Assembly (NCBI RefSeq): GCF_006345805.1
Contig: NW_021832028.1
Location: forward strand, 1 to 34,322
Direction of reading: 5' to 3'
DNA length: 34,322 nucleotides
From: Octopus sinensis
Lineage: Eukaryota
Shown here: one piece after another, positions 1 to 10,652 of the stretch
Layout of the letters: every line of letters begins with the position of its first letter
How positions within the stretch are numbered: the first letter of the stretch is position 1
Notes under the pieces: generated by a model
What the model was told of the DNA's origin: nothing
The model's database searches: none
What the model saw: only the letters and a program-made list of their open reading frames with translations
Position numbers and translations under genes: made by a program

Positions 1-829
1 TATATATATGATATATATATTAATATTATATATATGTATACATATATACATATATACCCTACATTACACATATGGATACATACATATGCGTGTGTATGTT
101 TATATATATATATATATATATATATATGATATATAATAATATATATATATCTATATATATCATATATATAAACACACACATATATATGAATTGAATTGAA
201 TTGAACTCATTTCAGCTGATGATTTGTAGCACGCTGGGGCACCGCCATTATATATTCATAATTGTAACTTTATAATAATTGTAACTTATATACACAGATA
301 TTCACACGCGCACACATATACATATACATACACATACATATACACATACACAAACATACATTTATATAAATAAATACATACATACACACACACACACACT
401 CACATATATATCGATAGATAGATATATCGATAGATAGATAGATATTTAGAGAAGTAGAGAGATTAATTCGGATTTATAGATATATACATATAAATCTGTT
501 TTTTTTTTAGTATTTGTTTTTCTTGTCACCTCATACAACATGTATATAAATTGCCAGATTCATTTAGGTGTGACTAGACGCCAACATATTATGAACACCT
601 GTTGGTCAGTAATGGCTTGATGACCTTTGCACCGATTGGTTCTTGACCTTTGTATTTGGCGTGTATGTTACATACCAAACATGTTACTCCAAAAGCCTGC
701 ATCGTTAAGGAAGAAGTTCTGGCGGTAAAACTTCTTGATTAAAGGTTAATTAAGTTCATTGAATGGCTTTACATGGTAATAAAATTCTTGTCAGAAAGCT
801 ATTAGCTTTGTTATTGCTGTTGGTGATTG

Positions 830-1177
830 CTTGTTTGTTTGTTGAGCGAAGCGGTCTTCGTCCCTTGGGAGGAGTCCGAAACGAGGTCCTTTGCTATTCG
901 TAAGACCCGCAGAAGAGAAAGCAGGCCAACCCCGACACCGAGAGCATCAATGGATGGATGAATGCGCATCCAGGCTCAGCGGTTGCGTAGGAAGTTGGGT
1001 ACAAGAAACAGGAAGAAAGAGTGAGAGAAAGTTGGGGCGAAAGAGTACAACAGAGGTCACTCCCCTCTGCTCGGAGACTCGTGGAGACTCGCTCAATAAA
1101 CACACACATCGCCCGGTCTTGGAATCGAAACCGCGGTCCTCCGACCGCGAGTCCGCTGCCCTAATCACTGGGCCATT
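830..1177 (-). mobile_element. tRNA-derived SINE (family 'C' here), near full length
   Basis: Minus strand starts TGGCCCAGTGATTAGG (A-box-like) and has GGTTTCGATTCC (B box; plus 1121-1132). It ends in a (CAAA)n tail at ~830-845. A second copy is at 12381-12596. Confidence 0.85.
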
Positions 1178-1353
1178 GTGCCTCTACTGCTGTTGGTGTT
1201 GTTGTTGCTGTCATTGTTGCTTTGGTTATGGTTGTGGTAAAAAAATTATGAACCTCGTTCTCGTGTGATATAGAGTCATAGGGACGACATTACGAATTCT
1301 CTGGCGAGTATTCTTCCCTATTGGACGAGACACCGTTCCGTCGCTGCCACGTG

Positions 1354-1470
1354 AACTGGATCAACGTGAAATGAAGTCGTTTGTTCAAGAATACAACGCA
1401 TCGTGTGGTCCAGGAATCGAAACCACAATCTTACGATCAATATTCAAAAGCCCTAACGACTGAACTACAC
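1354..1470 (-). mobile_element. tRNA-head SINE fragment (different family)
   Basis: Minus strand GTAGTTCAGTCGTTAGG (A-box-like) ... GGTTTCGATTCC (B box; plus 1413-1424), followed by GCGTTGTATTCTTGAACAA, resembling the start of SINE central domains. Confidence 0.65.
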
Positions 1471-1542
1471 GCCACCCCCGTGGTTGTAGTCCCAAAGACG
1501 AAATGATTCTGTGGTTCTTAGGACGATTATTATATATATATA

Positions 1543-1584
<42 letters not shown>

Positions 1585-1593
1585 ATATTATAT

Positions 1594-1790
1594 AGGGAGA
1601 GTTTACGAAAAAACAACAACAAAAGACGAAGACAGGTGGTGTACAAAACAAAAACATATGTATTAGTATAACGCTCAGGAACAGAAAAAGTCTTTTACGT
1701 TTCGAGCTTACGCTCTTCTACAGAAAGAGACACAGAAAAAACAAGGAGAGAAAAAATGTGTGTAGTGGCTAACGATCTATCATGCCGATA
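1594..1790 (-). mobile_element. Penelope-like element terminal-repeat (pLTR-like) fragment
   Basis: Contains a minimal hammerhead motif (1691-1728) followed by GAGCGTTATACTAATA and a T-rich tail. A similarly built unit lies on the + strand at 1957-2160. Confidence 0.55.
1691..1728 (-). ncRNA. Minimal type-I hammerhead ribozyme motif (variant core)
   Basis: Minus strand reads UCUUU-CUGUAGAA-GAGC-GUAA-GCUC-GAAA-CGU-A-AAAGA: 5-bp stem I, 4-bp stem II with a GUAA loop and a palindromic ACGU helix III. The core deviates from CUGANGA at position 6 and has an extra A. Confidence 0.65.
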
Positions 1791-1956
1791 TATATATATT
1801 AATATAAGTTTAGAGGGTTATATCATCCGAACGGATACCATTGTAGCTCTCAATCATGGTCTAGCTTACGGCTAACTGCATCGATTATTGCTACTAAGTA
1901 TTGTCCCTCACGCTGTGTATATATATATGTCTATATATATATATATATATATATAC

Positions 1957-2160
1957 TTCAGAAATGTATCTACATGTAGGCCCTGGCGATTTTCCCTCTC
2001 CTTCTTTGGACTCTTCCCCTTCTCCTTTCCGACTAAGACCCATGCTAGAACCGTTAAAACATCTCTCCTCTCACCGAACGTCAAGCTAATATAATTCCCG
2101 TGAACGTCCTCACTTTCGTTTTTATCTTTATTCCTTTTCCATTTTTTGAAGTGTTTGTTC
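1957..2160 (+). mobile_element. Second Penelope-like pLTR-like fragment with degenerate hammerhead remnant
   Basis: CTTT-CCGACTAA-GACCCATGCTA-GAACCGTT-AAAA at ~2025-2059, then GAACGTCAAGCTAATA, parallel to the unit at 1594-1790. Confidence 0.4.
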
Positions 2161-2169
2161 ATTGAATTG

Positions 2170-2571
2170 GCTAAATCTATCTACCTGTCAATCTTTTCTC
2201 TTTCTTTCATGATAATATGTTGATCTCGTGGCACTGCTACATCTATTATTAGGCACTCTTGTTCCTCCTAAAGGTTAATATGTCTGGCCTTCGGTGTTCT
2301 AACACCTTGTGCGTCTGGTAGTCAAAGTTTCAGAGGACTTTTGCCTTTCCTTTCCGTCCATTTTCTGGTGTATGTTGGTACCAAGCACCCGTTATCTTTT
2401 ATCCATACTTCCGATATAGTAGCCAGTGAAGGCTCTGCGTCACCTTGTCAGTCTGCTCTAGTACTCTTTCTGCGCAAGACTTTTCACAAGCACTAACAAT
2501 CTGAGTCACGGTTTCGATCCTCTTCCCACACATTCTGCAGAGGACCTTTGCATTTGTGTGGTATACATCTC
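2170..2571 (-). mobile_element. R4/Dong-type non-LTR retrotransposon fragment 1 (zinc knuckle + restriction-like endonuclease), pseudogenised
   Basis: Manual translation with stops and frameshifts: LCRMCGKRIETVTQIVSAC..LAQKEY*SR(H)DKV..LHW..WYQHTPE..KVL*NFDYQT..LEHRRPDI..ECLIIDVAVPRD..KEREKID. RPDI is at 2279-2290, CRMC at 2528-2539. Confidence 0.85.
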
Positions 2572-2590
2572 TTAATAAAAAAAGAAATCA

Positions 2591-2613
2591 TTCATCATCA
2601 TAATGACCATCAC

Positions 2614-2675
<62 letters not shown>

Positions 2676-2774
2676 ATATCATCATCATCATCATTATTAT
2701 TAATATTATCATTATTATTAATATCATCATTATTATTAATATCATCATTATTGTTATCATCATCACCATCATCA

Positions 2775-2808
<34 letters not shown>

Positions 2809-3184
2809 CATCATCATCATCATCATCATCATCATTATTATTATTATTATTATCATTATTATTATTATTAATATTATTATTATTATCATTATTATTATTA
2901 TTGCCATTATTATTATTATTATTATTATTATCATTATTATTGCTATCATTATCATTATTATTATCATTATTATTATTATTGCCATTATTATTATTATTAT
3001 TATTATTATCATCATCATCATCATCATCATCATCATTATTATTTTATTATTATCATTATTATTATATTATTAATATTATATTATTATCATTATTATTATC
3101 ATTATCATTATTATTATTATTGCCATTATTATTATTATTATTATTATTATCATTATTATTGCTATCATTATCATTATTATTATT
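2591..3184. repeat. Compound (ATC)n/(ATT)n microsatellite, ~600 bp
   Basis: Direct inspection. It generates the poly-I/M/L/S ORFs. Confidence 0.97.
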
Positions 3185-3741
3185 GAGTGGAAGAGCAGTG
3201 CATGTCATCAAAGTAATTCTGGGGTAAAACATACGAAGCCCAGTATACTCATCATTGTATACCCTTATCAGACAGATAGTTACCCGTCTGATAAGGGTTC
3301 ACAAAGCAAATGTATTACAACCATATGAACGCGACATGCTGATCTCATATCAAGATAAACAACGCATGATCTTACAGGTGGGGCCCAGTTAGAATTTTTT
3401 TCAGATCCGGTAGCCCATCCCGCTCAAAAGGTCCCTGAATAAGGTTTGTTTAAGGATGATGAATAAAACATTCATGTTTCCAGAAGTGAATCATTCAGAC
3501 CCCAGGCTATGATGTTCCCCCCACTATTTCTGCTCGTGATCAGAGATGCACATATCGTCAACCGCTAAGGAACATGCTCAACTGGTTATGTCAAACTACT
3601 GACAAGCAAATCTGTGGTATTGAGCAGAATATTTGCTGTAGCCCGTCTTCTACACTAAGGCAACACAATGTACACGATTACACTTCCAATCATTTAAGAT
3701 CAGAAGCCATGAGAGCCACTGCTTGGTACTGCATCATGGCG
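3185..3741. mobile_element. 557-bp interspersed repeat inserted between two (ATT)n arrays
   Basis: Complex sequence with sharp boundaries to ATT arrays on both sides and no coding motif found. It resembles an octopus repeat I recall, but only one copy is in this window. Minus orientation would give an (AAT)n 3' tail. Confidence 0.5.
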
Positions 3742-3778
<37 letters not shown>

Positions 3779-3792
3779 TATTATTATTATTA

Positions 3793-3823
<31 letters not shown>

Positions 3824-3830
3824 TAATTAT
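3742..3830. repeat. (ATT)n microsatellite; (AAT)n tail/target of the adjacent R4/Dong fragment
   Basis: Direct inspection. Confidence 0.95.
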
Positions 3831-4112
3831 CTTTGCACAGCTTCTAACGCTGGAGATGTACTATGGGTCAGCTGTTCACTACCAGTGAACTAAGGAACCA
3901 ACTCTTATTTTTTGAGCCTCATCCGGTGTATTCGAGCGGTTCCAAGCAGTCTGTTTTCTGCAAGTGCTCCACCCTTATTGCAGCCCCTATTTGTTCCATG
4001 TACTTCTCGAGATTTTTACTCACTGTTCCCAGGGATCCGACAATTATTGGTACTACTACTACTACTACTACTTTTTTCATCGACCACAAGTGCTTAACCT
4101 CCCAAGCTAACC
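3831..4112 (-). mobile_element. R4/Dong-type fragment 2 (extreme C-terminus + 3' UTR)
   Basis: RLAWEVKHLWSMKKVVVVVVVPIIVGSLGTVSKNLEKYMEQIG..EHLQKT, then a 1-nt frameshift restores (A)LLGTARIHRMRLKK* (stop at 3905-3907). About 75 nt of UTR runs into (AAT)n. Confidence 0.85.
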
Positions 4113-4783
4113 TTATTATATGTTTGACTTTTGCTTTGTATTTAAAGAAGTTGGCTCCAAGTCTCACCCCAAGACCTCAAGAGACAGCAAGTTAGAAGTT
4201 CGCGTTGGTGTTATGCCTAGCGTGTAATATATTTGGTTTTGCACGCAGTATTGTTCTCGAGAATGTTTAAGCATCCATAAGAAAATCATGTGTTTGTTTT
4301 AAGATTTGAGATTATATAGACAATATTTTACGTAGGATATGGACAGTTCCCATGTGCACCATCTTTCGAATTTCTGCCATTTTGGGGTTTCATGGTATCT
4401 GAGCTATGTAGGAATCAACCCTTTTTGCTATCATTTCTAGGGCACCTATGACAACATGTATTGTTTTAGTCTTCAGGTTCCACATTTTGTTAATTTCTAT
4501 TTCAAGGTCTTTATACATGCTCAGCTTTTGGTAGGTCTTGACAGATACATTTATGTCGATTGGGACAGTTATATGAGGAGGTATGTTTTTTGTCTGAAGT
4601 CTTTCAATATTATGTCTGGCCTATTTGCATCTATCTTTCTGTCAGTTTGAATGGTGAAGTCCCAGAGGAGTGAGATGTGACCATTTTCAATGTAGTTTGT
4701 GTTTCCACCAGTTTTTATCATGGCGCAAGTCCAGGTTTTTGCAAATTACCCAGTGAATATATTGTGCAGCTATCATGCCTGTT
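4113..4783 (-). mobile_element. R4/Dong-type fragment 3 (RLE domain to 3' end)
   Basis: NRHD..AQYIHWVICK..NWWKHK..SLLWDFTIQTDRKIDANRPDIILKD..ITVPIDINV..KLSMYKDLEIEINKMW..VVIGAL..HMGTVHILRKILSI* (stop 4312-4314). A ~200-nt UTR ends in ATAATAA at 4113-4119. Confidence 0.9.
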
Positions 4784-4800
4784 GTTGTTGTTGTTGTTGG

Positions 4801-4832
<32 letters not shown>

Positions 4833-4934
4833 GTCATCATCGTCATCATCATCATCATCATCATCACCATCATCATTATCACTACCATCACCACCATCAT
4901 CACCATCATCACCATTATCCTCATCATCCTCATC

Positions 4935-4978
<44 letters not shown>

Positions 4979-5297
4979 TATCTTCATCGTCATCATCATC
5001 ATCATCGTCATCATCCTCATCATCGTCATCGTCATCGTCATCATCGTCATCATCATCATCATCACCATCATCATTATCACTACCATCACCACTATCATCA
5101 CCATCATCACCATTATCCTCATCATCCTCATCTTCATCATCATCATCATCATTACCATCCTCCTCCTCCTCCTCCTCCTCCTCATCATTATCATCATCGT
5201 CATCATCGTCATCATCCTCATCGTCGTCATCGTGATCATCGTGATCATCCTCATCGTCATTCTCCTCCTTCTTCTTCTTTTTCTTTTTCTTCTTCTT

Positions 5298-5328
<31 letters not shown>

Positions 5329-5340
5329 ATATTATTATTA
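4784..5340. repeat. Compound (GTT)/(ATT)/(ATC)/(CCT)/(CTT) triplet array with a 198-bp internal duplication
   Basis: The variant block ATTATCACTACCATCACC...CATTATCCTCATCATCCTCATCTTC occurs at ~4875 and ~5073. Confidence 0.95.
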
Positions 5341-5355
5341 TTTGTATCCTCATTA

Positions 5356-5535
5356 AGGCAATGAACTGGCTGAATCTCAATGGCATTCAGTCCTTAGCGA
5401 CATTTCTTCCGTCCTTTACGTACCAAGTTCAAATTCCGCCCAAGTTCAATCGCTCTTCATTCTTTCGGTAGTCGATTAAATAAGTAGCAGTTGACCACGT
5501 GGGTCGTCAGTGTAATCCAGACTTACCACTCCTCC
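5356..5535 (+). mobile_element. Decayed tRNA-head SINE (family 'N' here, possibly Nin-domain type)
   Basis: AAGGCAATGAACTGGCTGAATC head, AAGTTCAAATTCCGCC B-box region and TTCATTCTTTCGGTAGTCGATTAAATAAGTA, homologous to 7780-7917 and 33930-34035. Confidence 0.65.
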
Positions 5536-6052
5536 AGCATTGCTGGCATTGTGTGAAAATTTGAAATTATTATTGTTACAACAAACAGGAGTAGCAGTAG
5601 TAGTAAGTTCTTTATCATTTAATCCTCTATAAATCAGGGCTATTGTTGCTGGTGTTGATGTTGCTGTCAGTCTTGTTGTTGTTATCACTCTAAAAATACG
5701 GAATCAACAATTATGAAAAACAAACAACGGTCAGGAGAGGGTCACGCAGTACAAATGATGATCTCATTTCAAGATGTACCCGTAGTACTTACCCATCTAC
5801 CCGACTGATTCATAATATAAACTACTATTCCTCTTAATTCTATTGTCGTACATTGCTTGATTCAGTTTTATTCATAATAAGGGAAAAAGTCAAGATGTCA
5901 ATATATATGTACACGTGTTTGTGTGTGTATATGCATGTGTTTTTGTATGCGATCTTGTTCGTACACACTTATACACAAACATAAACACACAGACACATGA
6001 ATGCATACACACAAACACACAAGCACACACACACATATATGTAAATATAGGT

Positions 6053-6083
<31 letters not shown>

Positions 6084-6086
6084 TGT

Positions 6087-6088
<2 letters not shown>

Positions 6089-6153
<65 letters not shown>

Positions 6154-6397
6154 ACGGATAGATAGACCTATAAACAGATAGATAGATAGATAGACAGACA
6201 AACAGAAAGATACATAGATAGATGGACAGACAGACAGACAGACAGACAGATAGATAGATAGATACATACATACAATAGATAGATTCATAGATAGCAGACA
6301 CAGAGACAGACAGGCAGATATACAAACAGACAGACAGATATATATATATAGATAATATATAATATATATATATTAATAGATAGATAGATAGATAGAT

Positions 6398-6484
<87 letters not shown>

Positions 6485-6575
6485 AGATAGATAGATAATA
6501 TATAGATAGATCGATAGATAGATAATAGAACGATAGAAGAATAGATAGATAGAATATAATAGATGGATAGATAGA
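6089..6575. repeat. (AG)n followed by (GATA)/(GACA)n arrays
   Basis: Direct inspection. Confidence 0.95.
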
Positions 6576-6877
6576 CGGACAGAGAGGTAGAATAGCGTAA
6601 TAAGTACGATATTTTCAACAAACGGAAAATCGATTACTCGATACCTGATTTAGCGTTTGCATATTCATTTATTTATAAAGTTATTTATTTAATCATTAAT
6701 ATATTTATGTCTGGTCAGTCCGGTAGCCGTGGAAGATGCGAAGAATTTCTCCTAACCTGCAGAGTGAAATCCGTAACGATGGAATATGAAAGGGGCAGTT
6801 GAATTGACGGATCTTTTCTATTTGCCACTTTTCAAGTGCTCCATTTGATTTTCTATCGGGTCTTTTGGTATAGTTTT

Positions 6878-7051
6878 GCAGGAGTGGCTGTGTGGTAGTA
6901 GCTTGCTTACCAGCTTCATGGTTAGGGTTCATCCACTGCTTGGCAACCTTGGGCAAGTGTCTTCTACTATAGCCTCGGCCGAATAAAGGCCTTGTGAGTG
7001 GATTTGGTAGACGGAAACTGCAAGAAGCCCGTCGTGTAGATGTATATGTTG

Positions 7052-7085
<34 letters not shown>

Positions 7086-7331
7086 ATATTATATATATAT
7101 AATATATATGTTATGTGTGCTTGTGTGGTATAGTTTGTGTGTCTGTGTTTGTCCCCCCAACATCGCTTGACAACCGATGTTGGTGTGTTTCCTCCCCGTA
7201 ACTTAGCGGTTCGGCAAAAGAGTCCGATAGAATAAGTACTAGGCTTACAAAGAATAAGTCCTGGGTCGATTTGCTCGACTAAAGGCGTGTGCTCCCAGCA
7301 TGCCGCAGTCAAATGACTGAAACAAATAAAA
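6878..7331 (+). mobile_element. Composite tRNA/CORE-type SINE (head + CORE-like segment, internal (TA)n, 3' module), near full length; OR2-like
   Basis: GCAGGAGTGGCTGTGTGGT head, ACCTTGGGCAAGTGTCTTCTACTATAGCCTC (similar to the CORE domain GACCTTGGGCAAGTCACTT), and a 3' module ending GACTGAAACAAATAAAA. There are more than 10 related copies in the window. Confidence 0.9.
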
Positions 7332-7779
7332 TAGTGTAAAAGAGAGGAAATTCATTTTCAGTGTAACTTAATAAATGACTTCTTCCGTACGTATCGTTCT
7401 TACAATGCGTTCATTTTTTTGCTCAACTTTGCTAGTTCTTTTTCATGTTTTACTAAACTTTAAAATCCCCCATAGGCGCAGCCCAGCAGAAAAGATCCGA
7501 ATTGACAAATCATCGATGGTGCCAAATATGGCCAACGACACGCATCATTATTGAAATAAAAGTTTTGGCAATAAAATGTAATAATTCCATAATCCTTCAA
7601 ATGGTTCTGTGTGGCTGTGAAATATGAGAAAGACACACCAAAGGTGAGCAAGGAGATCAATTTATTTTACGAACGATGCGCATGGAAGATCCTCAAAGAC
7701 ACGCGGTGAGAATTACATAGAATTACAAATGGTCTGGAAATCCTTCTGTGTGAGAAATCTCACAACAGAATATCTGTTT

Positions 7780-7917
7780 CTGTTTCTTTATTACCCACAA
7801 GGGGCTAAACATAGATGGGACAAACAAGGACCGACAAACGGATTAAGTCAATTATATCGACCCCAGTCCGTAACTGGTACTTAATTTATCGACCTCGAAA
7901 GGATGAAAGGCAAAGTC
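7780..7917 (-). mobile_element. Family 'N' SINE, 3' half
   Basis: Minus strand GACTTTGCCTTTCATCCTTTCGAGGTCGATAAATTAAGTACCAGTTACGGACTGGGGTCGAT... Confidence 0.8.
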
Positions 7918-8426
7918 TCTGCGTCGGTTTTGTTATTTATGTCAAAATTTGTCCCTGACAAGTGCGCGGCATGTAAAGACTACAACAGTAAAGACATTAA
8001 AAGAAGAGAGAAAAGCGGAAAAATGAGCGGTCGCACACAGAATTCCTGGTATCAGACATTCTAGAACGACCTCAAATGATTCAGATGGAGCAAGGCTGCT
8101 GTTTTTTTAAGTCTGACAATGAGAAGTGGAGTTAAGTGTAAGTCTTGGGCTAAGAATATGCCACAATATGTGTCGGGATTCTAGGTTTCATGTTCGCATA
8201 GAAATATTTCTTACGATCGTCCTGGTGACCGTGTTGTGGCCAAGTTAAAACCAAGATGGCGACATATGGGTGTATATGGTGCGCGTGTGCGTAAGTGTGT
8301 GCGTGTGTGTGAGTGCATGTGTGCACGCACGAGTATATATATATTTTTGACTATTTATTAAAATTTTTATGTATTGATTAAGTCTTTCCTTGTTTGTTTT
8401 GCAAAATAGTGGTTTTGTCTCTAATA

Positions 8427-8477
<51 letters not shown>

Positions 8478-8588
8478 TTGTTGTTTATACACTTATCTGT
8501 GTCTTGTTTTTCTGTAAATTTCGACCAAGCACACATACACACACACACACACATACACGCACACATATTCAATTCTGCACATCATACC

Positions 8589-8622
<34 letters not shown>

Positions 8623-8644
8623 CACTCTCTCTCTCTCTCTCTCT

Positions 8645-8675
<31 letters not shown>

Positions 8676-8820
8676 CGACTGGCTTCTTTCGGTTTCCCAC
8701 TGTCAAATCTATTCACAAGACTTTGGCCAAGCCCGTGGCTACCGTAGAAGACACCTGCCGAAGGTGTCACGCAGTGGGTCTGAAACCGGAACCATGTGGT
8801 TTGGAAGCAAACTTCTTTTC
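8676..8820 (-). mobile_element. CORE-type SINE, 5' half
   Basis: Reverse complement of the head/CORE segment of 6878 and 9878. Confidence 0.85.
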
Positions 8821-8872
8821 AGACATACATCCACACACCCACACCCACACCCACACCCACACGCGTGTACAC

Positions 8873-8893
8873 AGATAGATAGACAGACAGACT

Positions 8894-8951
<58 letters not shown>

Positions 8952-8996
8952 CAGATAGATAGATAGATAGACAGACAGGCAGACAGACAGACAGAC

Positions 8997-9054
<58 letters not shown>

Positions 9055-9064
9055 GTAGGTAGGT
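8873..9064. repeat. (GATA)/(GACA)n array
   Basis: Direct inspection. Confidence 0.95.
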
Positions 9065-9575
9065 AAATTAGACTGAACATTGAGTGGTAGCTAAGGAAAC
9101 ATGTCGTGATTATTGTCATATCTGTAGGTTTATTTCGTTTTAAAAGACACCTGTTAATAATAATATTGATATGACAAGCGGGCGTTCAGTAATGTACTGA
9201 GCTGACTACTTGCTGACTGATATTGTCTTTCTTATCAGTTCATAACCATCGCGACTTACTGTGTCCCGAATGCATTCATTTAAATATTTATTGTTGAAAC
9301 CCTCCAGGGTCTCTCTATGATCAATAGGGTTCCGTTTGAGATCATCATGTCTTATTAATTTATTTCTCTAGCTATTTTATTTCATTTCATTTTATTTTAT
9401 TTTATTTTATTTTATTTTATTTTATTTTGTTTTATTCATGCGCACATGGTCTGTTCTAGGACGGAACTGGCTTTGCAGTCACGTGGTTTGGGCTTCGGTA
9501 CCATTCACTGCACGACGGCAACCTTGGGCAAGAGGGTTTCACTGAAGGCCGGCGGGGTCGGGGTCGATTTTCTTA

Positions 9576-9740
9576 GGCGTAGGCGTGGCTGTGTGGTAAG
9601 ATGTTTGTTTCCTAACCAAGTAGTTCCGAGTTCAATCCCTCTACCTGGCACCTTGTACAATGATTTCTACTACAGCGTCAGATGGACCAAAGCCTCGTAT
9701 GTAGATTTGGTAGACAGAAACCGAAAGAAGCCTATCGTAC
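9576..9740 (+). mobile_element. CORE-type SINE 5' half, older; preceded by a further decayed fragment at ~9465-9570
   Basis: GGCGTAGGCGTGGCTGTGTGGTAAG...GATTTGGTAGACAGAAACCGAAAGAAGCC. An upstream CAACCTTGGGCAAG fragment lies at ~9518-9531. Confidence 0.8.
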
Positions 9741-9877
9741 GTGTTTGTGTGCGTATGTGTGTGTATGTATGTGCGCGCGTGTGTGTGGTGTGTGTGTGTG
9801 TATATGTATATATATATGTACACACACTCACACATATGTGTGACACACACACATATATGTGAGTGTGTGTATAAATA

Positions 9878-10272
9878 GGCGCAGGAGTGGCTGTGTGGTA
9901 AGAAGCTTGCTTCCCAACCAGATGATTCAAGATTCAGTCCCACTGTGTGGCATCTTGGGCAAGTGTCTTCTACTATAGCCTCAGGCCGACCAACGTCTTG
10001 TAAGAGGATTTGGTAGACGGAAACTGAAAGAAGCCCGTCGTTTGTGTGTATATGTATGTATGTATATAAGTATTTGTGTGTCTGTGTGTCATCCCACCAT
10101 CGCTTGACAACCAAAGTTGGTATGTTCACGCCCTCGTAAGTTAGCGGTTCGCCAAATAGGCCGATGGAATAACGACTAGGCTTACAAAAAATAAGTCCTG
10201 GGGGTCGATTTGCCGGACTAAAGGTGGTGCTCCAGCACGGCCGTAGTCAAATGACTGAAACACGTAAAAGAA
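9878..10272 (+). mobile_element. Composite CORE-type SINE, full length
   Basis: GGCGCAGGAGTGGCTGTGTGGTAAGAAG ... GACTGAAACACGTAAAAGA; same three-part layout as 6878-7331. Confidence 0.92.
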
Positions 10273-10573
10273 TATAAGAATATATATATATCTATATATA
10301 GAATGGTTGGATGAAGGACAACGATCCTGAAACACGTGTCCCTAGATGCAGTTCCGGCAGCCGGGGGTGTTTGTCTCCCCTTCGTAAATGTATATAAGGA
10401 CACGGGGAAAAATGTGTCAAAGCCATCAGGAGGCGTTCGATGCTTCCTAGGGCTATACAGCGGTGGTGTACCCCCTACTGTCACGTTCTTGTTAGATTGA
10501 CAGTATACAACCATTCTATCGCCCCACCACCGTACATGTCTCTACGAGAGATTAGAAATTCAATATTTCTTAT

Positions 10574-10652
<79 letters not shown>

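Noticed and set aside
1110-1177. tRNA gene (also the heads at 1410-1470, 6878 and 9878)
   Set aside because: These have A/B boxes but no complete cloverleaf, and they continue into repeated SINE bodies.
891-1268. 125-aa Cys-rich ORF and the similar ORF at 12508
   Set aside because: It is the antisense reading of SINE family C plus a (TGT)n stretch.
2572-5471. Long poly-Ile/Met/Ser/His/Arg ORFs (up to 264 aa)
   Set aside because: They are translations of triplet microsatellites that lack stops in some frames, with no complex coding content.
7522-7531. Perfect CArG box CCAAATATGG and a donor-like AAG|GTGAGC at 7584
   Set aside because: These are isolated short motifs, expected by chance in 34 kb of AT-rich DNA, with no supporting exon structure.
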